Source: Promethearchaeota archaeon (GTDB taxonomy: Archaea; Asgardarchaeota; Hermodarchaeia; Hermodarchaeales; Hermodarchaeaceae). From it: 64,000 nt of DNA. Positions 28,058 through 37,036 of this stretch are shown piece by piece. The translations under genes were made by a program, and so were the position numbers. Each line of letters begins with the position of its first letter. Within the stretch, counting starts at the first letter, position 1. The stretch lies in NCBI GenBank assembly GCA_048939625.1, contig JBHLPH010000006.1, positions 32,001 through 96,000 of the forward strand, in the 5' to 3' direction. The notes beneath the pieces were generated by a model. The model had not been told where the DNA came from, did no database searches, and saw only the letters and a list, made by a program, of their open reading frames with translations.

Positions 28058-29020
28058 TCAACCGAGGAGGTGTTGCCAGAACCGTTCGTTTAATCCTGGG
28101 TAGTAATGGTGGGCAAAATAGACGATGGGTCGAACGGATACCACATCTTCGAGTTCTTTGATTCGTTTGATGATTTCAGGTGAATAATTGGCGATGTCGA
28201 CAAGGAACATCGAAAAGAGGACTGGCGCCGAAGCACTGGCGTGGGTAAACCAGTATTCCATGGGATATGTTCGTTTTAGAAGGGCGACGATGGATCGGCG
28301 TGTTTCATCGCCACCCTGAAACTCGGTGCGGGCATAGAATCGGGTTGCCCCACCTTCGGCGACGTCACCATCGGTGCGGGTATGAAAACATTGTTGGGCG
28401 GTCCGATAGTCGCCAACGCCGTTTTCGTGGAACATTTGTTCGTCAGCAGAACCTTCGGTGCCAATTAATTCGGTGAGCAGTTTTCGGACCCGTCGTTGGG
28501 TCATCCCAGTGTTTTGGGCAATGTCTTTGATGGGCATGCGCACGTTTTCGCGCAGGCAGCGAAGGACTTGGAGTTGCATGGATGTGAGGGGGCAGCGCTT
28601 TCCTCTTTCGATTAAAATCGTATGAAATTCAACCTCACGGATATCGTCGAGCTCATGGAGGAACAAGGTGAGTTCGTCGAGTTCTTTGGGTCCGACGTAT
28701 TTTCCCCAGACCATCACGTTGCCATCTGCTAGCAGATTGACATTGTTGATCATGGGGTAGGCACCCAGGAAATCGCGGAAGGTTTCGCTGGGTGGATGAT
28801 GTTTCAATGTTAGGATAGCTGTGAAGAAGGAGGCGTCAAGCATGGCGTAGCTGGGGATGATGAAATAGCGGCGAATGACCTTCGCTTTTTCCATCTTGAG
28901 AATCCGGTTACGCACAGCTGTAACAGAGAGCCCCAGTTTTCGCCCGATAGCCCGGTAAGAAATCCGTGCGTCCTCTAATAATGTGTAAAGAATCTGTTTG
29001 TCAATTAGGTCCACGGGCAT
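28058..29020 (-). CDS. Tandem-domain Lrp/AsnC regulator, copy 3
   Basis: DLIDKQIL..LLEDARISYRAIGRKLGLSVTAVRNRI; second HTH CLRENVRMPIKDIAQNTGMTQRRVRK; GGAGGT before ATG 29020. Confidence 0.88.
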   Translation of the reverse strand: MPVDLIDKQILYTLLEDARISYRAIGRKLGLSVTAVRNRILKMEKAKVIRRYFIIPSYAMLDASFFTAILTLKHHPPSETFRDFLGAYPMINNVNLLADGNVMVWGKYVGPKELDELTLFLHELDDIREVEFHTILIERGKRCPLTSMQLQVLRCLRENVRMPIKDIAQNTGMTQRRVRKLLTELIGTEGSADEQMFHENGVGDYRTAQQCFHTRTDGDVAEGGATRFYARTEFQGGDETRRSIVALLKRTYPMEYWFTHASASAPVLFSMFLVDIANYSPEIIKRIKELEDVVSVRPIVYFAHHYYPGLNERFWQHLLG

Positions 29021-29155
29021 CCTTTGACCTCCCAAGCGCTACACTCTTTCACCTTATAGCGTAAATATGCAACCCTTCTCACCATTCAATAGGCTTTAGT
29101 GAATGACCCAGGCAAACGGAGAGAAAAACGTGTTGATGAGCCTCAAAGGTCTTAG

Positions 29156-29950
29156 TTATTTGGTGCCAATGGCAAAGACAATGGAGGCGTTAGCTATACC
29201 GGTTTCTTTTACTCGAACCTTCAACGCCTCTGCCTCTGTTAGGAGTTCAGGGGTTCGTTTGTGGGGCTCTAGGGACTGCAAGGTTTTGTCAACTCCCTTA
29301 ATGAAAGACGCAATCATTGATGCGGATTTGGGGTTTTCACAGCCAAACCGGTCTTCACAGAACAAGCACTTCACATACCGTGAGGAATCTAGCAAAACAA
29401 GATCAGTGAAATGGAGGGCTTCCAGCTCAGCGACTATGGATCGTCGAAATAGGGTCTCGTGATGAGTAAGTCCTTTTAGCCGATCGATTTTGGCGGTCCA
29501 ATGGTGCTCCAGAATATCAGTGTGTTGGGCTTCGCTCTGCGCGCCATCCTGATACATTTCCGAGACAATGAAATGTCCACCAGGCGTTAAGACCCGCTTA
29601 ATCTCCGCCAATACAGCGGGGACATTTTCCAGATGGTGTAACGAATTCGCAATCGACACCGTGTCAAAGAATTCATCTTCAAAGTCCAGTTGTGTGGCAT
29701 TCATTTCCAAAAAGCTAATTGTTTGATTTTGGAACCTTTTTCTGGCGTGAGCTAAGTCGTCTTGGTCTATATCAACGCCGACAAAGCTGTCGTAAGTCTT
29801 CAATGTCTTCATGAGTGTCTCAATGAAATTGCCTTTTCCAGTAGCCACATCCAAGACGGTTCCTCCCGTAATTGTCTTTAGATGGTCGGCAATTTCTCTA
29901 GCGCCCGAGGTTTCCAAGCCAGGTAATTCCGCCATGGTTAATTTCTGCAC
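29156..29950 (-). CDS. Class I SAM-dependent methyltransferase
   Basis: VLDVATGKG, GVDID, FEDEFFDTV...SLHH, RVLTPGG. Confidence 0.88.
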   Translation of the reverse strand: MQKLTMAELPGLETSGAREIADHLKTITGGTVLDVATGKGNFIETLMKTLKTYDSFVGVDIDQDDLAHARKRFQNQTISFLEMNATQLDFEDEFFDTVSIANSLHHLENVPAVLAEIKRVLTPGGHFIVSEMYQDGAQSEAQHTDILEHHWTAKIDRLKGLTHHETLFRRSIVAELEALHFTDLVLLDSSRYVKCLFCEDRFGCENPKSASMIASFIKGVDKTLQSLEPHKRTPELLTEAEALKVRVKETGIANASIVFAIGTK

Positions 29951-29968
29951 CTACTTAGCTTTGAATGT

Positions 29969-30811
29969 TCAGGATTTGAACTGAATGTGGACAAAGGATA
30001 CCACCTTTAACCAGTCACTGAATCGCATCAGCATTCGAGTTTTAAATTTCCACTTCGGATTCTTGGAGATTTGACTAAACATGGGAAACCAGTCAATTAC
30101 TTGAAGACGCGAGGACCACCTAGGGATTTCTTTCCAGGCATTCCCAAGCCCGAAATGCAGTTCAACCCCTTCGATGCCAAATGACCGAAACCGCCGTTTC
30201 AAGAGTCGAAGCCCGAACCGTGATGGCATGTCGAAGAGGAGTTCCCCTTCCGGTAGTTGTGTAGCCATGGTATCAAGAAGTGTGGCTACTTCTGATTCGG
30301 GGAAATAGTGAAAGAATCCACCTGCGAAGCAGAAAACCCCCTTTTCAGGAGACACTAAAATTTCTTTCAGCCAAGAGGGGGTGAAGGCGGATGTTCCTAA
30401 GTACCGATTGCGATCAGTTTGGGGGACTAACTTTTGACGATAAGCGATGGCGTCAGGTAAATCCAAATCATACCAAAGAAGCCGCCCATTATCTACTCGT
30501 GAAAAGGTCGTGTCCAACCCACACCCAATGTTTACGATTGTAGCGTCAGGATGTGAGCTGAGAAACGCTCTTATGGCATCATCAAAGATGCGAGCACGGA
30601 TCAAAAAATTTAGCCCGTAAAATTCATCGATGAACGCTTCCATGGCTGCAAACTCAGCTTCTGACTCCGGATGCATGGCTCGTACTTGCTCTATTAATTG
30701 GACTGATTGCTCATCTATCAAAAGCTCTGGATAAAGGCGACTATACATGGCTCTCGCCCACAACGGGCCCACCATCGTCGATTCGAGGGTTACAGCAATG
30801 GAATCAGACAT
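29969..30811 (-). CDS. SAM-dependent O-methyltransferase, leucine-carboxyl-methyltransferase/TcmP-like
   Basis: PLWARA, RARIFDD, VNIGCGLDTTFSRVDNG, WYDLDLPD. Confidence 0.88.
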   Translation of the reverse strand: MSDSIAVTLESTMVGPLWARAMYSRLYPELLIDEQSVQLIEQVRAMHPESEAEFAAMEAFIDEFYGLNFLIRARIFDDAIRAFLSSHPDATIVNIGCGLDTTFSRVDNGRLLWYDLDLPDAIAYRQKLVPQTDRNRYLGTSAFTPSWLKEILVSPEKGVFCFAGGFFHYFPESEVATLLDTMATQLPEGELLFDMPSRFGLRLLKRRFRSFGIEGVELHFGLGNAWKEIPRWSSRLQVIDWFPMFSQISKNPKWKFKTRMLMRFSDWLKVVSFVHIQFKS

Positions 30812-30962
30812 AGCGAAGCCAACTCTACACCTACGAACCTAGCCGCGATACAAATACCTATACCATAACGCTGCAATTTATCCAAAATGCGATCTTTAAA
30901 CTTGAAATGCGTCATCTCGAAGCAGTGGCATTTGAGTGTAATTCGAGTTCAGCGTTAGATGT

Positions 30963-31163
30963 TTATGTTGAAGGCTTTGATTCGAGTATAAAGGACAGCC
31001 CGATGCCCGCAAAGAAAAACGCTAAAAATCCCAGTAGCGCTCCATAGGTGAACCCGGCGCTGATATATCCGTCCAGCGTCAGATCGCCTATGGCAAGGGC
31101 AAGTCCAACCACCAACAATGCTCCACCAACACCTAACAACAAACTACCGATATATTGGCGCAA
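30963..31163 (-). CDS. Small two-TM membrane protein
   Basis: Two hydrophobic segments; strong GGTGAGGAG RBS before TTG. Confidence 0.6.
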   Translation of the reverse strand: MRQYIGSLLLGVGGALLVVGLALAIGDLTLDGYISAGFTYGALLGFLAFFFAGIGLSFILESKPST

Positions 31164-31364
31164 AGTACTCCCTCACCTGCGAATTCACCAAACCCGTATA
31201 TAAAATTCCTTTTTTTAGCGACCAAGGGAAAACTCCCAAAAAAACAGCCACCCTAGACGCAGCGATGGACAACTCTAGCACTCTACGCCATGCTCTCAAT
31301 ACTCTTCATCACCAATATACACGTGAGTCAGAGTTAAAGAGGAAAGTTGCAATATTAGATGCTT

Positions 31365-32342
31365 ATGTTGGTATTATTAACTGGAGCCTTTGGAAATATC
31401 GGAGAAAGTACATTGTTAGCTCTGTTCGAACAGAACCATACGATACGATGCTTTGATTTGCCCACAAAAAGAAACGAGCAAACCGCAAAGAGATTGCAAA
31501 AGTATGGCGAATTTGAAACTGTTTGGGGTGATATTCGAGATACTGAAACAACACAGAACATTGTCAAGGACATCGAGTGCATCATTCATTTAGCCGCCAT
31601 CATTCCCCCTCAAAGCGAAAGGAACCCCGAGTTCACCACTGCCGTAAATGTAGGCGGAACAGTGAGTCTAATAGAAGCTGCCGAAGCCTTACCGGTCAAA
31701 CCGAAATTCATCTTAGCCAGTTCAATCTCTGTATTTGGACCTACCATGCATCTCCCTCCACCACGAAACGCCGACGATTCCCTGAACCCCACTGACACCT
31801 ATACCACCACAAAAGTCAAATGCGAAACGGCTCTCCGAGCCAGTGCACTTCCCTGGACAATCCTCCGTCTAGTAGCTGTCCCCCCCTTACATATCGGTGG
31901 TGAAATGGATCCGATGTTATTCGAAATACCACTCGACCAACGCATCGAATTCGTCCATACCCGCGATGTTGGCACTGCCTTTGCCAACGCGGTAACCACT
32001 GAGACCCTGAACAAAGTCTTACTCATCGGTGGCGGAAAATCCAGCCAAATGCTCCAACGCGATTTCATTACTAAAATGCTCACTGCCATGGGAGTCGGCA
32101 TGCTCCCCGAATCTGCCTTTCGTGTCGCCACAAAACCTGAAGACTGGTTCTACACCGACTGGGTAGATACTACTGAATCCCAACACCTCCTCCACTACCA
32201 AAACCACACCTACGAAGAATACATCGACGACCTCAAACACATGATCGGCTTCAAACGCCACCTCGCACGCCTTCTCCGAGGCCAAGCCCAAAAACGCCTC
32301 CTCGCCCAATCCCCCTACTACAAAGAACCGAAGAATCCCTAA
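31365..32342 (+). CDS. NAD-dependent epimerase/dehydratase (extended SDR)
   Basis: VLLTGAFGNIG, GDIRD, IHLAAI, ASSISVFG, YTTTK. Confidence 0.9.
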   Translation: MLVLLTGAFGNIGESTLLALFEQNHTIRCFDLPTKRNEQTAKRLQKYGEFETVWGDIRDTETTQNIVKDIECIIHLAAIIPPQSERNPEFTTAVNVGGTVSLIEAAEALPVKPKFILASSISVFGPTMHLPPPRNADDSLNPTDTYTTTKVKCETALRASALPWTILRLVAVPPLHIGGEMDPMLFEIPLDQRIEFVHTRDVGTAFANAVTTETLNKVLLIGGGKSSQMLQRDFITKMLTAMGVGMLPESAFRVATKPEDWFYTDWVDTTESQHLLHYQNHTYEEYIDDLKHMIGFKRHLARLLRGQAQKRLLAQSPYYKEPKNP

Positions 32343-32423
32343 GCTCTACTGACCTAATTAAAAAAATAAGAGAAGAAAGGAAGACGATGCCTCCCATGAC
32401 AAAAATGTTAAGCAATGCTGCTG

Positions 32424-32540
32424 TTAGGTCCCTGTTCTTCTTCGGCGTAGAATGAAAACAACGACGACAAGGATGACGATAACCGCTTTTACGCCTCCTG
32501 CAATCGCTATCACTTCAAGGAGGAGAGGTGGTGGTGTCAC
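32424..32540 (-). pseudogene. Orphan C-terminal membrane-anchor fragment (or 38-aa micro-protein)
   Basis: VTPPPLLLEVIAIAGGVKAVIVILVVVVFILRRRRTGT*: Pro linker, TM and Arg cluster; the frame is closed upstream by TAA at 32574-32576. Confidence 0.5.
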
Positions 32541-32639
32541 TCTACCCTTTTCACCAAGGTGAAAGCTGCTTGGTTATCACGAGTCACTAAGCCTTAAGTA
32601 TATAAAGTCCAAACTCAGATAGGCTCCTCGGTGCTTACA

Positions 32640-33662
32640 ATGAAAGCAGCAGTTTTTTATGGAGCTGGAAAACCCCTTAAAATTGAAGAGGTGCCAACAC
32701 CAGAAGTTAGACCCAATGATGTTCTAATTAAAGTAGCAGCTTGTGGTGTATGCAGGACCGACTTACATTATCTGCACGGAACTCCGACATTCAAAAAGCC
32801 CCCGTTAATCCTTGGACATGAGGCCTCAGGGACCATAATTGAAATGGGTTCAGCTGTTGAAAAGTGGACTAAAGGAGATCGCGTTCTAATTCCGGCTGTT
32901 CTAAGCTGTGGATTTTGCGATAATTGTCGTTTAGGGCGTGAAAATATATGTCAACGACAGGAAATGGTGGGAAATAACATTGATGGCGCCTACGCTGAAT
33001 ACATCCGTGTTCCTGCCAAGGATGTGTTTCGTGTTCCCCAGTCTTTATCTTTGGAAGAAACGAGCATTGTTGCCGATGCGATTTCTACCCCATATCATGC
33101 TGTAAAGAACCGTGGAGAAGTTCGACCAGGTGATTTAGTAGCTGTGTTTGGGTGTGGTGGTGTTGGCATCAATGTGGTCCAAATCGCTGCTGCAGCAGGG
33201 GGCATCGTTTATGCTGTCGATATTGATGATAAGAAATTAAAACTGGCTGAAAAACTCGGTGCGTCTGTGACTATTAACTCGAAGGAAGAAAATCCTGTCA
33301 AACAGATTCGGTCGATAACAAAGAAGCGTGGTGTCGATGTCTCCTTTGAGGCAATTGGTATTCCTGATGTGATGAGCCAGGCACTAGCGGTTGTGAGATG
33401 GGGTGGTCGAATGGTTGTTGTTGGATACGCTGAATCCGACTGGACTGTTTCAGCTTCGCGGATTATGTTCCGAGAAGTTGAAATCCGCGGTTCTCTTGGT
33501 TGTCGTCCTGTTGATTATCCTCCCCTTCTGCAGATGGTTGAAAATGGCACCATTCAGCTTAAACCAATAATTGATAGCAAACGGCCACTTGAAGAAATCA
33601 ATGAGGCATTCAAACTTCTTGAAGAAGGAAAGGTTTTGGGTCGGATTATCGTGATTCCCTAA
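32640..33662 (+). CDS. had: Zn-dependent dehydrogenase, probably 6-hydroxycyclohex-1-ene-1-carbonyl-CoA dehydrogenase (BzdX)
   Basis: CGVCRTDLHY, LGHEASG, CGFCDNC, ADAISTPYHA, GCGGVG, GSLGCRP; located in the bzd cluster. Confidence 0.8.
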   Translation: MKAAVFYGAGKPLKIEEVPTPEVRPNDVLIKVAACGVCRTDLHYLHGTPTFKKPPLILGHEASGTIIEMGSAVEKWTKGDRVLIPAVLSCGFCDNCRLGRENICQRQEMVGNNIDGAYAEYIRVPAKDVFRVPQSLSLEETSIVADAISTPYHAVKNRGEVRPGDLVAVFGCGGVGINVVQIAAAAGGIVYAVDIDDKKLKLAEKLGASVTINSKEENPVKQIRSITKKRGVDVSFEAIGIPDVMSQALAVVRWGGRMVVVGYAESDWTVSASRIMFREVEIRGSLGCRPVDYPPLLQMVENGTIQLKPIIDSKRPLEEINEAFKLLEEGKVLGRIIVIP

Positions 33663-33677
33663 GACACTCTCGCGAGT

Positions 33678-34454
33678 CTATTTTCCTTTCCATTTAGGTT
33701 TCCGCTTCTCTAAGAACGCTTTGAGCCCCTCTGAAGCATCTTCTGTATTCTTTAATGAATCTAGGTAGATCTCAGTGGATTTTTCAACAGCTTGCATGAA
33801 GGTAAGAGGTAAGCTCTCGTAAATTGCCCGACGAACGTAGCGGAGCATAACTGGGCTATGCGCTTTGAGTTTAGTAATAAATTCATTGACTGTGGTCTCT
33901 AACTGGTCAGCAGGTACAGCGTAGTTGATGAGACCAATCTGCATAGCTTTTTCAGCTGAAATACTATCTCCAGAATAAAGCAGTTCAAAGGTTCGTTTTT
34001 GACCAACCAAATGATGCATCGCCGCTGCGGCAATCGTGGGCACTGCACCAACTTGGATTTCCGGTTGACCAAACTTAGCTGAATCCGCTGCAAATACCAC
34101 ATCACAAGCGAAGGCTAGTTCACACCCTCCACCCAATGCGGATCCTTGAACTACAGTGATAACAGGTTTACCGACATCGATTAGGGCTTCAAAGACCTTG
34201 TTGAATGCTGCCAACGTTTTCGGTGCATGGTTCGGGAGGTGCTGTTCCACATCCACTCCGACTGAATAGAACCGATCACCAGCTGTTTTCAACAGAATGA
34301 AATTGACATCTTCGTTGTTCTTCATCTCCTGAAGAGCCTTTTGAAGTTCTACAAGTGTTTTCTTATCAAGAATATTCAGGGGCGGTCGATTCACCAAAAT
34401 GGTCCCCACCCCATCAGACACTTCAATCCTGATATTAGAATAGCTAGAATTCAT
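33678..34454 (-). CDS. dch: Crotonase-family enzyme, probably cyclohexa-1,5-diene-1-carbonyl-CoA hydratase (BzdW)
   Basis: RPPLNILD, SVGVDVEQH, LGGGCELA, FGQPEI, IYLDSL..TEDASEG; adjacent to had. Confidence 0.72.
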   Translation of the reverse strand: MNSSYSNIRIEVSDGVGTILVNRPPLNILDKKTLVELQKALQEMKNNEDVNFILLKTAGDRFYSVGVDVEQHLPNHAPKTLAAFNKVFEALIDVGKPVITVVQGSALGGGCELAFACDVVFAADSAKFGQPEIQVGAVPTIAAAAMHHLVGQKRTFELLYSGDSISAEKAMQIGLINYAVPADQLETTVNEFITKLKAHSPVMLRYVRRAIYESLPLTFMQAVEKSTEIYLDSLKNTEDASEGLKAFLEKRKPKWKGK

Positions 34455-34558
34455 GGTGTTTCTCCTTTCACGCCTGAGTTCATCAGTGTCTGCAATATGA
34501 CAAGAAAGAGACTTAAGTCTATTCAATCCCTATTAGTTAATCAGGTTGGCTGAGAACA

Positions 34559-35851
34559 ATGTTGCTTGACGAATTAGAGAAAGATGGCTTAATTATAAAC
34601 TTTAACAAGGTTCCTCAAACAAAACCCAAGCATCTGCCCAAAAAAGTTCTTATCTGGGATGAAACTCTCCGAGATGGTGAACAAACACCGGGAACAAGCC
34701 TTTTGATTGATGAAAAAATCGAAATTGCCAAGCTAATGGATGAAATGGGAATCCCTATTATCGCCGCCGGTTTTCCAGCAGTTTCAAAAGATGAGCAAGA
34801 GGTCGTTCGAAAACTTGCTGCAGAGGGCTTCAAACAAGCCAAACTTTGTGCTCCAGCTCGTGCAATCAAATCAGATATCGATATTGCCATTCAATCTGGA
34901 GCAGAAGAAGTTCCTATCTTCATTGCATTCAGTAATCTCCACTTGAAATACAAATTAAAAAAAACCCCAGAAGAGGTTCTCAACATCGTAACAGAATCTA
35001 TTGAATATGCAAAAAAACATGGAGTCATTGTCGACTTTGTTAGCGAAGACACTTCGCGTACTAGCATTGATAACACAGTAAAGATTTTTAAAACTGCAGT
35101 AGAGGCTGGTGCTGACCGCGTTGTAATTACCGATACTGTGGGCTTCCTTAGACCTGAATCGATGAGATATTTGATCTCCCAAATCAGGGACCGCCTCTAT
35201 GAAGAGGTTAAACGGAACATTCCCCTCTCAATTCATAACCACAATGACTTTGGATTGGCTACCGCCAACACACTAGCTGCAATCGAAGAAGGCGTCACTA
35301 TTCCCCACGTCTGTGTAGCAGGGTTTGGAGAACGTGCAGGCAACGCTCCTCTCGAGGAAGTCGTCATGGCATTAGAATTCCTCTATGGCGTGCAAACAGG
35401 CATCAAAACCGAAAAAATTCAAGAACTTGCTGATTTAGTTGCGCAATCGTTTGCTATCCTTCTTCCTGTTCATAAAGCAATCACTGGCGAAAACGCTTTT
35501 TCACATGAAGCTGGCATCCATGTTCATGGCATCCTCGCTCACCGGCTCACATATGAGCCTATCCCCGCTGAAACGGTTGGACGCAAAACTGATTTTTACA
35601 TGGGCAAACATACTGGGAGCCAGATTGTGAAAAAGAAACTCAAAGAGAAACATATCAAAGCAACCGATGAGCAGATTAATCAAATTGTTTCCCGAGTTAA
35701 AGAAACACACAAACTTCGAGACAAAGTCGAAATGCTTCGACAAGTACATAAAGCTGCAGAACTTCTCCGGGAAACCCGTCTGGGTTTGAAAGAAGACGAA
35801 TTCTGGGATATCGTAAAAACGATTACTGGGAAAAATCCAAGAAGCAATTAA
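34559..35851 (+). CDS. DRE-TIM acetyl-CoA condensing enzyme (homocitrate/isopropylmalate/Re-citrate synthase family) without C-terminal regulatory domain
   Basis: DETLRDGEQTPG, AGFPAVS, DTVG, HNHNDFGLATAN, GERAGNA, HEAGIHVHG, GKHTG. Confidence 0.88.
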   Translation: MLLDELEKDGLIINFNKVPQTKPKHLPKKVLIWDETLRDGEQTPGTSLLIDEKIEIAKLMDEMGIPIIAAGFPAVSKDEQEVVRKLAAEGFKQAKLCAPARAIKSDIDIAIQSGAEEVPIFIAFSNLHLKYKLKKTPEEVLNIVTESIEYAKKHGVIVDFVSEDTSRTSIDNTVKIFKTAVEAGADRVVITDTVGFLRPESMRYLISQIRDRLYEEVKRNIPLSIHNHNDFGLATANTLAAIEEGVTIPHVCVAGFGERAGNAPLEEVVMALEFLYGVQTGIKTEKIQELADLVAQSFAILLPVHKAITGENAFSHEAGIHVHGILAHRLTYEPIPAETVGRKTDFYMGKHTGSQIVKKKLKEKHIKATDEQINQIVSRVKETHKLRDKVEMLRQVHKAAELLRETRLGLKEDEFWDIVKTITGKNPRSN

Positions 35852-35892
35852 TCACAAATATCGTAGGTAAAGTAAAGAAACTCTCGAAAAAG

Positions 35893-36537
35893 GTGAATGA
35901 AATCCCATCAAAAAGAGAGAAACTCACCGGTGAGGCAGTCAAAAGCGTTGCGAATTTAATGGCAGCTGCTGCAACAACGGCACCCAAATCAAAAGGGTTC
36001 GATGATCTTACCATTGAAATTGTATCTGGAGTAACAATCGAACAAATAGCAAAAGAAATCCAAAAAATGCGACAAGAAGATCTCACAAGCCAAACATTTT
36101 GGTTTCTGGAACCTGACGCTGAAGCCGTTTTAGAAAGTGCTGCTATCTTCCTAATTGGTATTCGGGCTAGGCGTCCTCCACTAACCCTGGATTGCCAAGC
36201 CTGTGGCTTCGAAACCTGCGCTGATTATGAAGAAGCCATTCGTCAAAACAAAACCACTGCTCTCTGTGCCTTTAAAATCCTAGATTTAGGCATCGCTCTC
36301 TCTTCTGCAATAACAGTAGCAGCCCAACACTTCATAGATAACCGGATGATGTGGTCCGTTGGGATGGCTGCACAACGATTAGATCTAATAAAAGGCGACT
36401 TAGTCCTTGGAATTCCCTTAGCTGCAAAGGGTAGTAATCCCTTCTTTGATCGTTACCTGCGATTTTTCCTTCAACGCGCCCGAGACCAAGGAAAAAATCT
36501 CACTCAAGTGCTTCGTGATCAAGGATTCAATGTTTAG
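35893..36537 (+). CDS. DUF2148 Fe-S/ferredoxin-domain protein
   Basis: AAATTAPKSKG, CQACGFETC, CAFKILDLGIALSSA, IDNRMMWSVG, GIPL...NPFFDR. Confidence 0.8.
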   Translation: MNEIPSKREKLTGEAVKSVANLMAAAATTAPKSKGFDDLTIEIVSGVTIEQIAKEIQKMRQEDLTSQTFWFLEPDAEAVLESAAIFLIGIRARRPPLTLDCQACGFETCADYEEAIRQNKTTALCAFKILDLGIALSSAITVAAQHFIDNRMMWSVGMAAQRLDLIKGDLVLGIPLAAKGSNPFFDRYLRFFLQRARDQGKNLTQVLRDQGFNV

Positions 36538-36869
36538 AGCGAGCGGTCCCAAGATTCATCAAAGTTAGAATTTGTAACCAGCTGCTTAAGCATTCGAGAA
36601 ATTCGACGACCTAGGACCGTTGCTGTAATAACACGTGCATCATCTTCTGAATGTTTGACTAGCTCGTTCTTCTCAAGCAACGAGACATGATGGGTTATCA
36701 CAGCTGGTGAATCACCACCTGCCTGAGGCTGTAAAGATTTCAAATATTGTCGTAGCGCTTTATTCGTACCAAAATCACGATCAGATAAGAATTCTAATAT
36801 TGCCACACGTGAAGGGTGAGTAATCGCTGAAAGTAAACCTCGAACCCTTTCAGAATACCAATTTGTCAT
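36534..36869 (-). CDS. ArsR-like winged-helix regulator, divergent from bzdN
   Basis: LSAITHPSRVAILEFL...ITHHVSLLEKNELV...TVLGR. Confidence 0.75.
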   Translation of the reverse strand: MTNWYSERVRGLLSAITHPSRVAILEFLSDRDFGTNKALRQYLKSLQPQAGGDSPAVITHHVSLLEKNELVKHSEDDARVITATVLGRRISRMLKQLVTNSNFDESWDRSL

Positions 36870-36952
36870 TAGATGAACTCCCTAATTATTTTGTGCATAC
36901 ATATAGCAGTTCTTTCCATTGAAGTTAAATGATATACCATCATTATAAAACA

Positions 36953-36964
36953 TTTTTGCAAAAA
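36953..36964. promoter_or_regulatory. Palindrome TTTTTGCAAAAA in the arsR/bzdN divergent promoter (candidate operator)
   Basis: Perfect 12-bp palindrome flanked by TATAAAA and CTTAAG elements. Confidence 0.35.
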
Positions 36965-37036
36965 CTCTTAAGGAAATTATTCCCAGTACCGACCGAAGAA
37001 AAAACTCCTATCCAGTGCTTTGGCAGGAAGATCCCT

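Noticed and set aside
36929-37036. N-terminal extension of BzdN
   Set aside because: Family-like sequence starts at MFDKF (ATG 37037); the upstream part is AT-rich promoter DNA.
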